A DNA stretch of 61,728 nt, filler included, from Deltaproteobacteria bacterium (GCA_030698575.1; 12 parts of 12 records of this genome joined end to end with filler, not necessarily neighbours in it), one strand, 5' to 3'. Positions 1 to 12,429 are shown, counted from the first letter of the whole stretch. Numbers and translations are program-made. Notes: generated by a model not told the origin, from the sequence alone.

Positions 1-2148
1 ATCGCCGCCCTGCATCTCCGCGTGGACACCTCGGCGGAAGGCATTCTCCTCGACGACGATCCGGATCGCCTGGTGCGCGATTTCGCCCGTGAGAAGTTCG
101 GGACCATCGACGAGATCATCGTGGTGATGATCGAGGCGCCCGACGTCTTCGCGCCGGCGATCCTCGAAGCGGTACGCGAACTCAGCGAAGTCATCCGCAA
201 CCTGCCGGACGTCGCGGAGGTCGTCAGCCTTACCAGCGTCGAGCTGCCAGGGCAGGGGGCGGGATTCGAAGCGTCGCCCATTGCGGGGACGCGCGCGCGC
301 CCCGTCCCTCCCGACGTGTTGCGCGCGCGTGTTCTGGACACCCCCATCCTGATTGACAACCTCGTGTCGAAGGACGGCTCAGTGACGGCGATAAACGTGC
401 TCCTGAGGGAGTACGGAAGCGACGGCGCGGCCCTTGCAGGCGCGGTCGCGGGCGTGCAGGCGGCCGCCGAGGGATGGTCCGGACCCGGCCGGGCCACGGT
501 GGTCGGCATTCCGCTGGCGAAGGTGGCCATCGCTGAACTGCTTCACCGGGATCTGAAGCGTCTCACCCCGGTCACGGTCGTGGTGGTCGCGCTGCTGCTT
601 TTCCTGACCTTCCGCAGCCGCAGGGGCGTGGTCCTTCCACTGGCGGCGATTGGCGCCGGCGAAGTGCTCACGCTGGGGATCTCCTCGCTGATGGGCCGGA
701 CGATCTCGGTGGTGAGCGTGGTGCTGCCGAGCGTGGTGCTGGCGATCGGTTGCACCTATGCGGTGCACATCCTCCCCTCACTCGGCGATGACGCCCGGCG
801 CAGCCGAACGCGCGCGGCCGTCTTCCTCTCCGCATTCACTTCGGCGATAGGCTTCCTGGCGCTTCTGTCGAGCCGCATTCATACGATTCGTGATCACGGA
901 ATCTTCGCGGCCTCCGGCGTGGGTTGCATGCTTCTGGCGGCGGTGTTCCTGCTGCCCGCCCTCGATCGCCTCTTTCCGCCGCGATCCGGCGCCGCGGCGA
1001 TGGACGGAGCTTCGCCGCTCACGGGGGCGCATGCGCTCCGGAATCTGGCGCCCTGGGTGGTCCGGAAGCGCCGGACCATCGTCGTCGTGAGCCTCCTCCT
1101 GATGGGCGCCTCACTGCTGGGCCTCCTGCGCGTGCGCATCGAAACGGATTACCTCGCCTACTTCCACGCGGGGCACCCCGTTCCCCGGGACATCAACCGC
1201 GCGAGCGAGCGGCTCTCGGGGGTCGTTCCGATGATGGTCCTGATCGATTCAGGGCGCGACGGCGGGATCGCCGACCCCGACATGCTTCGCCGGATAGCAA
1301 CGTTTCAGGACGCCGTCGAGGGCATCCCGGGCATCAACAAGACGCTCGCCCTGCCTGACATCCTGACCACCGTGCGCCGTTCCCTGAACGGCGAGAGCGC
1401 GTCCGAGCCCTGGATTCCCGACAGCGCCTTCGAGGTCCTGCAGCTGATCGGGATGATTCGCCTGGGCGGTCACAGCCCCGTCCTCCGCCCCTACGTGGAC
1501 GAAACGCAGCGCGAGGCGAATGTTTACGTGCGCGGGAATCTCGTCTCATCCGGCAAGCTTTCCGAGAGCATCGAACTCATCCATCGCCAGGCCGGTTTCA
1601 TTTTCGGCCCCGAAACATCGGTGACGGTCACGGGGACGATGCAGCTGCTGAACAAGACGAGCGGCGCCATCGCCCGGGGCATCGTGTGGAGCGTGCTCGT
1701 CGCCATCGCCGCGATCTCGCTCCTGCTCTGCGTCTATCTTCGCTCGGTGAAGCTCGGCCTGCTGGCGATGGTCCCCAACCTCGTCCCCGTGGCGGTGCTC
1801 TTCGGCGTCATGGGGACGCTGGGAGTGAGCCTGAGCACCGGCACGAGCATCGCCGCATCGATAGCCCTGGGCCTCATCGTGGACGAGACGATTCATTTCA
1901 TCACCGCCTACCGCGCCCGCACGGATAGCGGCGAGCGGGGCGAGGCCGCACTCCGCTCGGTGTACGAGTCCGTCGGGCCGCCCATCATCTGGGCGTCGGT
2001 GATACTCACGGCGGGCTTCGCGGTGCTCCTGCTCTCGGGCTTCCTCCCGCTCATGTATCTGGGGCTTTTCATGGCGGTGGCGATCCTCGTGAGCCTGTTC
2101 TGCGATCTGATCCTCCTGCCGGCGCTCCTGCTGATGTTCGACGGCTGA
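1..2148 (+). CDS. MMPL/RND-family exporter (5' partial)
   Basis: Frame is open from base 1. Two repeats of a periplasmic loop plus TM bundle; GLIVDETIHF resembles the MMPL GxxVDxxIH motif. Confidence 0.85.
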   Translation: MAALHLRVDTSAEGILLDDDPDRLVRDFAREKFGTIDEIIVVMIEAPDVFAPAILEAVRELSEVIRNLPDVAEVVSLTSVELPGQGAGFEASPIAGTRARPVPPDVLRARVLDTPILIDNLVSKDGSVTAINVLLREYGSDGAALAGAVAGVQAAAEGWSGPGRATVVGIPLAKVAIAELLHRDLKRLTPVTVVVVALLLFLTFRSRRGVVLPLAAIGAGEVLTLGISSLMGRTISVVSVVLPSVVLAIGCTYAVHILPSLGDDARRSRTRAAVFLSAFTSAIGFLALLSSRIHTIRDHGIFAASGVGCMLLAAVFLLPALDRLFPPRSGAAAMDGASPLTGAHALRNLAPWVVRKRRTIVVVSLLLMGASLLGLLRVRIETDYLAYFHAGHPVPRDINRASERLSGVVPMMVLIDSGRDGGIADPDMLRRIATFQDAVEGIPGINKTLALPDILTTVRRSLNGESASEPWIPDSAFEVLQLIGMIRLGGHSPVLRPYVDETQREANVYVRGNLVSSGKLSESIELIHRQAGFIFGPETSVTVTGTMQLLNKTSGAIARGIVWSVLVAIAAISLLLCVYLRSVKLGLLAMVPNLVPVAVLFGVMGTLGVSLSTGTSIAASIALGLIVDETIHFITAYRARTDSGERGEAALRSVYESVGPPIIWASVILTAGFAVLLLSGFLPLMYLGLFMAVAILVSLFCDLILLPALLLMFDG

Positions 2149-2281
2149 GCGGCTCCCGGCCGATGCGGGTTGTCGCGGCGCGCGAGGTCAGGCTAAACTT
2201 CCTTCCCACTGGCGGCACCGGCGCCGCTCCCGGCGGTATCGCGGGAAGCTTCCGGCGTCCGATCGGTTCCGGGGGTCTTGC

Positions 2282-3115
2282 TTGTCCGTGCCTCCATCGC
2301 AGCGATCCGGGAAGGTCGTCGCCGGCCAGGCCGGCGCCGTCGGCTTGCTGCTCGCCGCTGGACGTGGCGAGCGACTCGGCCAGGAGGCGCCCGCGAGCGG
2401 GAAGGCCTTTCTCACCCTTCACGGCCGGCCGCTCCTCCACTGGTCGCTCCGCGCCTTCGAGGAGAGCGAGGCCATCACCGCGGTGGTGGTCGTCGCGCCC
2501 CCGGGCGAGGAGGAACGCGCCAGGAAGGTGGCGGCTGCGGTCGGAGGAAAGGTGCAGGCGATCGTGGCGGGCGGAGCGCATCGCCAGGACTCACTGGGCG
2601 CCGGGCTGGACGCGATCGCCGATCTTTTTGGCGCCGATCTTCCAGGCGAGGATCACCTCGTGGCGGTGCACGACGCGGCGAGGCCGCTCGTCCGACCCAT
2701 CGACGTCACGCGGGTGGTGTACGCCGCCGAGCGGCGGGGGGCGGCCATCCTCGCCGTTCCTGTGAAGGAAACCGTGAAGGTTGTCGGCGCGAATGACCGG
2801 ATCATCGAAACGCTCAATCGCGAGCGCCTCTGGCTCGCGCAAACACCCCAGGTGGCCCGCGCCTCCGTACTGCGCTCGGCGCTCGCGCGCGCGCGGCGGG
2901 AGGGGCGCGTTTCGACCGACGAAGCGGCGTTGCTCGAGGCGCTGGAAATCAGAGTGCTGGTGGTTCTGGGCGACTACGGAAATCTGAAGGTCACCACGCC
3001 GGAGGACGTGATTCTGGCGGACTGCCTTCTGGCGGCCCGGGAGTCGGGCCCCCGGGAGTCAGAAGCCCGGGAGCCCAAAGCCCGGGAGTCCAAAGCCCCG
3101 GAGTCCAAAGAATGA
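2282..3115 (+). CDS. ispD: 2-C-methyl-D-erythritol 4-phosphate cytidylyltransferase
   Basis: LLAAGRGERL, HDAARP, AQTPQ, STDEA and NLKVTTPED motifs; overlaps ispF start. Start codon uncertain. Confidence 0.95.
   Translation: MSVPPSQRSGKVVAGQAGAVGLLLAAGRGERLGQEAPASGKAFLTLHGRPLLHWSLRAFEESEAITAVVVVAPPGEEERARKVAAAVGGKVQAIVAGGAHRQDSLGAGLDAIADLFGADLPGEDHLVAVHDAARPLVRPIDVTRVVYAAERRGAAILAVPVKETVKVVGANDRIIETLNRERLWLAQTPQVARASVLRSALARARREGRVSTDEAALLEALEIRVLVVLGDYGNLKVTTPEDVILADCLLAARESGPRESEAREPKARESKAPESKE
3035..3110 (+). repeat. 15-bp in-frame tandem repeat x5 (GCCCGGGAGTCCAAA-like) encoding the IspD C-terminal tail
   Basis: Units start at 3035, 3050, 3065, 3080 and 3095 and encode ARESG-PRESE-AREPK-ARESK-APESK. 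Confidence 0.85.
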
Positions 3116-3615
3116 CCGCCCGCCCGCTTCCCTTTCGCGTGGGGCAGGGCGTCGACGTGCACGCCCTCGTACCCGGCCGCCCTCTGATCCTGGGCGGCGT
3201 CGAGATCCCCTTCGACCGGGGGCTCGCGGGGCACTCCGACGCCGATGTCCTCAGCCATGCGGTCTGCAACGCCGCGCTCGGAGGTGCGGGTCTTGGTGAT
3301 CTGGGCCGTCACTTCCCGGACTCGGACCCGGCCTGGAAGGGCGCGTCGGGTGCGGCGCTTCTGATGAAGGTTCGCGAGATGCTTTCCGGGCGCGGCCTGC
3401 GGGTCCGCCAGATCGACGCGACGGTGCTGGCGCAAGAGCCGAGGATTGGCCCGTACACGGAGAAGATGTCGGCGAACATCGCGCAGGCGCTGGGCCTCCC
3501 GGCGGATCTGGTGAACGTGAAAAGCGTCACCACGGAGAAACTCGGTTTCCTGGGGCGAGGGGAAGGGATCGAGGCGCAGGCGGTCGTTCTCCTCGCCGGG
3601 GAAGATGCAGGCTAA
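3112..3615 (+). CDS. ispF: 2-C-methyl-D-erythritol 2,4-cyclodiphosphate synthase
   Basis: RVGQGVDVH, GHSDADV, GDLGRHFPD and TTEKLGFLGRGEG motifs. Confidence 0.96.
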   Translation: MTARPLPFRVGQGVDVHALVPGRPLILGGVEIPFDRGLAGHSDADVLSHAVCNAALGGAGLGDLGRHFPDSDPAWKGASGAALLMKVREMLSGRGLRVRQIDATVLAQEPRIGPYTEKMSANIAQALGLPADLVNVKSVTTEKLGFLGRGEGIEAQAVVLLAGEDAG

Positions 3616-3654
3616 GTCAACCGGGCCGGCGCGCAGGCGGACCCAGGAGGCCAG

Positions 3655-5172
3655 GTGGCCCTCAGGATCTACAACTCGCTCACCCGGAGCAAAGACCCCT
3701 TCGAGCCTCTCGAGCCGGGCAAGGTGCGCATGTATGTCTGCGGCGTGACGGTCTACGACCTGAGCCACGTGGGGCACGCGCGCGCCGCGGTCGTCTTCGA
3801 CGTGATTTACCGCTTTATGCGGAGCCTTGGCTACGAGGTGGACTACGTCCGCAACTTCACCGACATCGACGACAAGATCATCAGGAGAGCCGGCGAGGAA
3901 GGGATCGCGACGGAGGCGCTGGCCGAGAAGTACATAGAGGCTTTCCGGGACGATTTCGAGCCACTGGGGCTTCTGTCACCGCGGCTCGAACCGCGGGCCA
4001 CGGAACACCTCGCGCAGATCGTGGCGCTCATCGAGCGGCTGATCGCAGGCGGCCACGCCTATGTGGGCGGAAGGGACGTGTTCTTCTCCGTGAAGCGGTT
4101 CCCCGGCTACGGAAAGCTTTCTCACCGTGAGACCGACGATCTGCTCGCGGGCGCGCGCGTCGAGATCGACGAGAAGAAGGAGTACGCCGGCGACTTTGCG
4201 TTGTGGAAGGGCGCGAAGGAGGGCGAGCCCGCCTGGGACTCGCCCTGGGGGCCGGGGCGGCCCGGCTGGCACATCGAGTGCTCGGCGATGGCCACGGCGC
4301 ACCTCGGTGAGACCATCGACATCCACGGCGGCGGCCTCGATCTCAAGTTTCCCCATCACGAAAACGAGATTGCCCAGAGCGAGGCGGCCAGCGGCAAGCC
4401 ATTCGCGCGCTGGTGGCTCCACAACGGCTTCGTCACGATCGACAAGGAGAAAATGTCGAAGTCGCTCGGCAACTTCTTCACGGTGCGCGAGATCCTCTCG
4501 AAGTTCACCCCCGAGGTACTCCGGTACTTCCTGATCTCGAGCCACTACCGCGGCCCGCTCGATTTCTCCTTCGATCGCCTCACCGAGGCCCGGCAGGCGC
4601 TTGAGCGCGTCTACGGCGCGCTTGCGAAGATCAACGCCCTCTCGCTGCCCGGTCATGCGGCCCCGCCAAATCTCCCCGGGCCGGGGGATCCGCCGCCCCA
4701 CGGTGCTTCAGGGGTTGCGGCCGACGCCTGGAACTCCCTCGCCTCTCTTTCGGATCGCGTGCGGGAGGCCATGGAGGACGACTTCAACACGGCCCAGGCC
4801 GTCGGCCAGGTCTTCGAGACGGTGAGGGCGATCAATATCTTCCTGGCGGAAGTAGATCGCGGCCAGGCGGGCCCGACGCCCTTCACCGATCTGCTCGCGC
4901 GCCTGGCGCGCCTCACCTTCGAGGGGATTGGCGAGATCCTCGGAGTCCTCCGCATGGATCCAGATACGTTCCTGAGGGGAGACGCCGCCCCGGTTGATTC
5001 GCAACGCATCGAGCGGCTGATCGCCGAGCGCGCGGCGGCTCGCAAGGGGAAGGATTTTGCCCGTGCCGATGAGATCCGTGACGGGCTGGCCGATGAGGGG
5101 GTGCTGCTCGAGGACGGCCCGAACGAGACGACCTGGAAGTTCGGCAAGGAGCGCCCCGGCGACGGCGCATGA
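3655..5172 (+). CDS. cysS: cysteine--tRNA ligase
   Basis: CGVTVYD, HVGH (HIGH), GRPGWHIECS and KMSKS; AGGAGG RBS before the GTG start. Confidence 0.98.
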   Translation: MALRIYNSLTRSKDPFEPLEPGKVRMYVCGVTVYDLSHVGHARAAVVFDVIYRFMRSLGYEVDYVRNFTDIDDKIIRRAGEEGIATEALAEKYIEAFRDDFEPLGLLSPRLEPRATEHLAQIVALIERLIAGGHAYVGGRDVFFSVKRFPGYGKLSHRETDDLLAGARVEIDEKKEYAGDFALWKGAKEGEPAWDSPWGPGRPGWHIECSAMATAHLGETIDIHGGGLDLKFPHHENEIAQSEAASGKPFARWWLHNGFVTIDKEKMSKSLGNFFTVREILSKFTPEVLRYFLISSHYRGPLDFSFDRLTEARQALERVYGALAKINALSLPGHAAPPNLPGPGDPPPHGASGVAADAWNSLASLSDRVREAMEDDFNTAQAVGQVFETVRAINIFLAEVDRGQAGPTPFTDLLARLARLTFEGIGEILGVLRMDPDTFLRGDAAPVDSQRIERLIAERAAARKGKDFARADEIRDGLADEGVLLEDGPNETTWKFGKERPGDGA

Positions 5173-5882
5173 CGGCCGCGCTCCGTCGATCCGGGACGGT
5201 GTCGACAAAAGCGGGGCGCGCTTCCGGACTGCTCTGCCTGGCCTTTGCCGCCGCTTTCCTGGCCCCGGGCGCGGCCCTCGCTGACGATCCCCAGCCGCCC
5301 TGCAGCCCACTCCCCATCCTTCTGCTCCACGGTCACTACTACACGAACGCCTCGCTCAGCGTGCTCACCGAGCGTCTCCGGAGCGACGGCTATCCCGGGG
5401 CGCGGGTGGTGACGCTCGACGTGTCGCGCAACACCTGCACCCACGACTGGGCCGAGGCGCTGTCGGCGAAGGTCGATGACGTGCTGCAGGAGAGTGGTTG
5501 CTCCAGGGTGGACATCGTGGCTCACAGCCGCGGTGGGCTCGCGGCGCGCGATTACATCCGCTTTCTGGGAGGTGGCGCGAAGGTGTCCCATCTCGTGACG
5601 CTGGGCACGCCGCACCACGGCGCCGCGATCAACATGGCCTGCCCGGGATGCGGATGCCTCGAGATGCGCCCGGGATCCGACTACCTGCGGCGACTGAACG
5701 CCGGCGATGAGACACCGGGGCCGACCCCCTACACGTCGATCTACAGCAGCCACGACGAGGTCGTGCCCGCCGCATCGGCATGGCTGAGCGGCGCGAGAAA
5801 CATTCGGCTCCGCGGCGTGAAGCATACCGATCTGCTCCGGAGCCGGCACGTCTACCGCGAGATCCGCGCGGGCCTGATGTAG
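5169..5882 (+). CDS. secreted lipase/esterase (alpha/beta hydrolase)
   Basis: Signal-peptide-like N-terminus; LLLHG; AHSRGG nucleophile elbow; LGTPHHG; DEVV and C-terminal His. Confidence 0.85.
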   Translation: MTAALRRSGTVSTKAGRASGLLCLAFAAAFLAPGAALADDPQPPCSPLPILLLHGHYYTNASLSVLTERLRSDGYPGARVVTLDVSRNTCTHDWAEALSAKVDDVLQESGCSRVDIVAHSRGGLAARDYIRFLGGGAKVSHLVTLGTPHHGAAINMACPGCGCLEMRPGSDYLRRLNAGDETPGPTPYTSIYSSHDEVVPAASAWLSGARNIRLRGVKHTDLLRSRHVYREIRAGLM

Positions 5883-5936
5883 CCGGCCCGGCTGGGGTAG
5901 AGTGTCGGCGGAGCTCCCTTCACCCCGGGGTCCAGG

Positions 5937-8035
<2,099 letters not shown>

Positions 8036-8039
<4 letters not shown>

Positions 8040-8542
8040 CGCCGCCGGAGCACGCGCTGACCGGGGCGCTTGCCGGCACGCTTCTGGTCTACGGGTTACC
8101 GGGCGAGCCCGAGCGGCGCCTGTCGCTCGTGGCATGGGTCGCTCTCGGCGCGCTCGCGCCGGACGTCGACGCCCTGTCGCTGCTCTTCAGCCACGCCACC
8201 TACTTCGGATCGGCCTGGTATTCCCACCGGGTCTTCTTCCATTCCCTTGCCGGTTGCGCCGTTCTCGCCGCCGTTCTGGGGGTCGCCCTCCCTGCACTCT
8301 TCGCGTCCCTGCGTACAACGTCGCCGATCCGGCCGCCGGCCCGGCCGGTCCCCTCCGTTGCGAGGGTCCTGGCGCTGTTCGCCGGAGGCCTCGTTCACCT
8401 GGCCGGGGATCTGCCGACGCCCCCCGGCCCCTGGTCGGGGATCCCGCTGCTCTTCCCGCTTCCGGGCCGCTTCGGCGGCTGGAGTCACCTCGGCTGGGTC
8501 AACGCGGTGCTTATCTACCTGCTGGGCGCCGCCGCGCTCGCG
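8036..8542 (+). CDS. membrane metal-dependent hydrolase (YdjM-like), 3' partial
   Basis: N-terminal H, PDVD, HRxxxHS and HLAGD motifs with TM segments. Confidence 0.75.
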
Positions 8543-8642
8543 NNNNNNNNNNNNNNNNNNNNNNNNNNNNNNNNNNNNNNNNNNNNTTAATTAATTAANN
8601 NNNNNNNNNNNNNNNNNNNNNNNNNNNNNNNNNNNNNNNNNN

Positions 8643-8760
8643 CCTGGGTGGAATCGGTGAGGGCCTTGACCCGGAAGCCTTCCTCCGTGAGGAACTGCTT
8701 CAGGTACTCGCACACGTCCTTGTCGTCATCGACGACCAGAATTCTGATCTTCGCAGCCAT
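8643..8760 (-). CDS. response regulator receiver domain, N-terminal fragment
   Basis: Hand translation gives MAAKIRILVVDDDKDVCEYLKQFLTEEGFRVKAL; AGGAG RBS upstream; runs off the contig end. Confidence 0.85.
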
Positions 8761-9023
8761 GATGAAATCGTCTCTCCTCTACACTGCCCGGCCTCGCCGA
8801 AAGGAGGTCCCTGGTCGGGGCAGGTTGAAGGCCGGCCCGCGCGCGCTGGGCGCAGGCGCGATCTGTGGGGGCGTCAACTTCGAATGCAACGGAATGGATG
8901 GAGAAGGCGCGGACCGCCCGTGCCGAAGAGCGGTCGAAGCTTTTCCAAAGCGGGTCCTACTCTAACGATGTTCCAGCAGGGGTGCAATGAGGGATACAGT
9001 ATTTATCGAGGTAAATTCAACTC

Positions 9024-9083
9024 CATGTCTTCTAGCATATCTTCTAGCATGTCTTCTGGCACGTATTCTAGCCTGTATTCATG
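9024..9083. repeat. 12-bp degenerate tandem repeat x5 (CATGTCTTCTAG)
   Basis: catgtcttctag / catatcttctag / catgtcttctgg / cacgtattctag / cctgtattcatg in an AT-richer intergenic region. Confidence 0.8.
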
Positions 9084-9104
9084 GGGTTTCCGTGAGGGGG
9101 CGGC

Positions 9105-10172
9105 TCATTCCAGGTTGACGGCCGGGTCGACAGCCACCCGCCGGCTGGAGGTAAGGATCGTCCGCTCGAGAACGGCTCCCTCGGGCGCCACTGCGCCCTC
9201 CCACAGGATCGTGTGGGCGATCGCGCTGCCCGCGGCGGCGCGGCTGGCGGATCCCAGAAGTGCGTAGGGGCCGACGCGGGCGCCCGCCTCCACTGCTGCG
9301 TTCTCGCCGACGTACAGCGGGGCTTGAAGGACGGCCGCCGGATCGATCCGGGCTCCCGCCGAGATCCATATACCGGGAGAGCGCTCGACGGCGCCGGCGG
9401 AGCGGAGCCAGCCCGGTCCGCCCGCGTAATCGGGCTGCAACCGCCCGTCGAGCAGTGCTTCGGCCGTCGCGAGATAGCGCGCCGGGGTTCCCACGTCGGA
9501 AAAGCTCCTGGCCAGGAAGCATGCCCGGATAGTTTCGCCCGCTGCGAGCAGGCGGGGATAGACATCGGCGTTGATGCAGAAGATGTCCGTCACGGGCATT
9601 AAGTCGAAGATGCGGGGCTCGATCACGTGGATTCCGCAGAAGTGACCCAGGCGCGCCGGTCTTCCGCGCCATCCGGCGCGCCCGGCGATGTCGCGGACGC
9701 GCATATCTTCATCGACGGCCACCAGCCCGTACTCCTTGCCGTCCGCGGGCGCCTCGGCGAGCACCATTGTTGCCGCCGCGCCGCTTCGCTCGTGCTCTTC
9801 AATGGCCGACGGAAGATCGACGTCGGAGATGGTGTCCCCGTTCACGACCACGAAGGGGCCGCCCTCCAGAAAGTCGCGGGCGCGCTTGATCCCGCCACCC
9901 GTGCCGAGAAGCTCCGGCTGCTCCTCGGAAAAGTGAATCGAAAGTCCGAGATCGCCTCCGGCGCCGAAGCGTTCGCGGATCTGTCCGCCCATGTGGTGGA
10001 GGTTCATCATCACCTCGCGGACGCCGGCCTGTCGCAGCATGAGGAGCGGGTAGTGCAGGATGGTGAGAGGTCCCAGGGGGAAGAGCGGCTTCGGGCGCTC
10101 GTCGCTGAGCGGGCGGAGCCGCGTTCCGCGCCCCGCGGCCAGCACCATGGCCCGGCGAATGGCCCGGCTCAA
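9105..10172 (-). CDS. sugar-phosphate nucleotidyltransferase (MurU-like by context) with C-terminal beta-helix-like extension
   Basis: LAAGRGTRLRPL..RPKPL, GTGGG, NGD, DVGTP; overlaps the stop of the amgK-like gene. Confidence 0.85.
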   Translation of the reverse strand: MSRAIRRAMVLAAGRGTRLRPLSDERPKPLFPLGPLTILHYPLLMLRQAGVREVMMNLHHMGGQIRERFGAGGDLGLSIHFSEEQPELLGTGGGIKRARDFLEGGPFVVVNGDTISDVDLPSAIEEHERSGAAATMVLAEAPADGKEYGLVAVDEDMRVRDIAGRAGWRGRPARLGHFCGIHVIEPRIFDLMPVTDIFCINADVYPRLLAAGETIRACFLARSFSDVGTPARYLATAEALLDGRLQPDYAGGPGWLRSAGAVERSPGIWISAGARIDPAAVLQAPLYVGENAAVEAGARVGPYALLGSASRAAAGSAIAHTILWEGAVAPEGAVLERTILTSSRRVAVDPAVNLE

Positions 10173-11236
10173 AGTTCCGCCTCGCGCGAAAGCTCGGCTT
10201 GCAGGATCTCCCGCGCGGCGCCCAGCTCGGGGAGCTTCGCCGCGGCGTCCAGGATGTAGCGCGCATTCGCCGGGTTGTAGCCGAGGTACGCCGGATTCCC
10301 CTTCACACGGTCTATGTAGACGAATCGGCCGTAGTCCTTCAGCTTGCGCTGGAGCGTCATGCGCGCGAACTCCTCCTTGAGGCCGGCCGGCGGCTCAGCC
10401 GCGCCCAGCGCGGCCGCGCGTTCCAGGTAGTCCTCCAGCAGGCAATCGAGAAGCGCAGGGCCGAGTTCGACGTAAGAGTCGCGCAGCAGGGCCACGAGGT
10501 CATAGGTGCGAGGACCCCGGAGCGCGTCCTGGAAGTCGATGAGCCGGATTCGCTCCCCCTGCACGATCAGGTTCTTGCTCTGGTAGTCCCTGTGCGTGAA
10601 GACCTGCGGCGCGGCGGCCAGACGTTGCGCGATCCCCCGAAAGCTTTTCCTCAGGGTCTCGAGGGCGGCGGCGTCTTCCGGGCGCCCGAGCTTGGTCCCG
10701 TAGCCGTACTCGATGTAGTGCTCGAATTCCCAGAGGAGCAGGGTTTCGCTCAAGGCCGCCTTTGAGGCCAGGCAATCCGCGCCGAGTCGCCGCGTTCCCT
10801 CGGTCTGGAGGGTAAGCAGCAGATCGAGCGCGCGGCCATACCAGAGCCGCCGCTCCGCGTCGTCGGCGTCCCGGACGAGATGCTCGAAGAGCCGGTCGCC
10901 CAGATCCTCGAGGTACATCAGCCCGTGCTCCGCGTCGAAGTGGTAGACCTCCGGCACTGCATCCGTGAAGCGGCGCAGGAAACGATGGACGTTCAGGAAG
11001 GGAAGCTCGTCCGTGCCCGATTCGACCTCGACGATCTCGTCCGACTTGATCCCCCGGTCATCCCCCAGGAGCACCATCAGCGCGATGCTGCGCGGCCCGT
11101 TTCCGGCGCCGAGCAGGACGCGGTAGTAGGCCCTGCTCGATGCGTGAGCCGCGAGCGGGCGGATCTCGATCTCGCCGGCGGGGCATCCGAAGCGGGCCGC
11201 CACCGTCTCGCGTACGCGCGGCTCGAACTTTTCCAT
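10169..11236 (-). CDS. amgK: anomeric MurNAc/GlcNAc kinase (APH-family phosphotransferase)
   Basis: ASSRAYYR, LEDLGD, HRDYQSKNL, IDFQDA and LQRKLK motifs; lies between nagZ and the nucleotidyltransferase. Confidence 0.8.
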   Translation of the reverse strand: MEKFEPRVRETVAARFGCPAGEIEIRPLAAHASSRAYYRVLLGAGNGPRSIALMVLLGDDRGIKSDEIVEVESGTDELPFLNVHRFLRRFTDAVPEVYHFDAEHGLMYLEDLGDRLFEHLVRDADDAERRLWYGRALDLLLTLQTEGTRRLGADCLASKAALSETLLLWEFEHYIEYGYGTKLGRPEDAAALETLRKSFRGIAQRLAAAPQVFTHRDYQSKNLIVQGERIRLIDFQDALRGPRTYDLVALLRDSYVELGPALLDCLLEDYLERAAALGAAEPPAGLKEEFARMTLQRKLKDYGRFVYIDRVKGNPAYLGYNPANARYILDAAAKLPELGAAREILQAELSREAEL

Positions 11237-11296
11237 GAGTAATCCCGATCAATGACCCAAAAAGTCCAGCTCTATTGCTCTTCCACTATGCCCGGC

Positions 11297-12418
11297 TCAT
11301 TTGCCCTGCTTCATGATCCTGGCCACAAGGCGGCGATGCGCGGGGCGTCCCACCCATGAGATGGGGGCCCGGCCTGCCGCGCGCGCGACAATGAAGCGCC
11401 GCTTCAGGGCGAGGATCCGCCGGACCGCCTCGTCGATGCGGCGCATCGGGATCTCTCCCTTTTCGGCGCGCGACAGCAAGTGGCGGTATGCGCGGCGCTG
11501 CGCCCGGGCGTCGTGGCAGACGAGAAGGATGTCGGCGCCCGCCATGATGCTGTTGAATGCTGCCTCCTCGATCGTCTGTCCCTGGCGCGCGCCGGCCATC
11601 GAGAGATCGTCGCTCACGATGGCGCCGCGATAACCGAGCCGCCCGCGCAGTATGCCCTGCAGGATGGCGGGCGAGAAGCTTGCGGCGCGCTTTCGATCCC
11701 AGGCGGGATACAGAACGTGCGCCGTCATCAGGCTGGGCATTCCGGCGCGCACGGCTGCCCGAAAGGGGGCGAGTTCAACGGCTGCGAGCGATCGCGCGCT
11801 TCGCTTCACGACCGGTAGCGAGAAGTGCGAATCATCGACCGTATCCCCGTGGCCGGGAAAGTGCTTTCCCGTCGTCAGAATGCCCGCGCGGCGGAGCCCC
11901 CGCTCAACGGCGAGAGCCAGGCGAGCCGCGCTTCCCGCGCGGCGCCCGTAGGCGCGCGGTCCGATCACCGGGTTGCGCGGATTGGTGTCGAGGTCGAGCA
12001 CCGGCGCGAAGTTCCAGTGAATTCCCACGGCCCGCAGCTCTCGCCCCATCGCCAGCCCAACCGCTGTCGCGGCGGCGAGATCACCCGTGCGCTCCACGTA
12101 GCGGGCAACGTCGCCGGCCGCCGGCCATGGGGTGAACGGGGGAACGCGAAGCCGCATGACCGGGCCGCCTTCCTGATCGATCGAGATGAGTGGCGGAACG
12201 GGGGAGTTAACGCGGCTGATCTCCGCGCAGAGCTGGCGAACCTGACGCACTCCTTTCACGTTTCGTGCAAAGAGGGTGACGCCGCCGAGGCCCTGCTCCT
12301 CCAGAAAGCGTCTGAGGGCTCGGGAGACCTTCGTCCCCTCGAATCCCACGACGAAGAGCTGCCCGATCTTGAGGGCAAGGGGCATCTCTGAAACGCGGGG
12401 CAGCGATCGTCCGGGCAT
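11297..12418 (-). CDS. nagZ: beta-N-acetylhexosaminidase (GH3)
   Basis: IDQEGG, KHFPGHG..DSH and SDDLSM motifs. Confidence 0.93.
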   Translation of the reverse strand: MPGRSLPRVSEMPLALKIGQLFVVGFEGTKVSRALRRFLEEQGLGGVTLFARNVKGVRQVRQLCAEISRVNSPVPPLISIDQEGGPVMRLRVPPFTPWPAAGDVARYVERTGDLAAATAVGLAMGRELRAVGIHWNFAPVLDLDTNPRNPVIGPRAYGRRAGSAARLALAVERGLRRAGILTTGKHFPGHGDTVDDSHFSLPVVKRSARSLAAVELAPFRAAVRAGMPSLMTAHVLYPAWDRKRAASFSPAILQGILRGRLGYRGAIVSDDLSMAGARQGQTIEEAAFNSIMAGADILLVCHDARAQRRAYRHLLSRAEKGEIPMRRIDEAVRRILALKRRFIVARAAGRAPISWVGRPAHRRLVARIMKQGK

Positions 12419-12429
12419 GCCTTCTCCTG

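Noticed and set aside
8587-8598. Recurring TTAATTAATTAA motif
   Set aside because: Artificial all-frame stop linker embedded in N runs.
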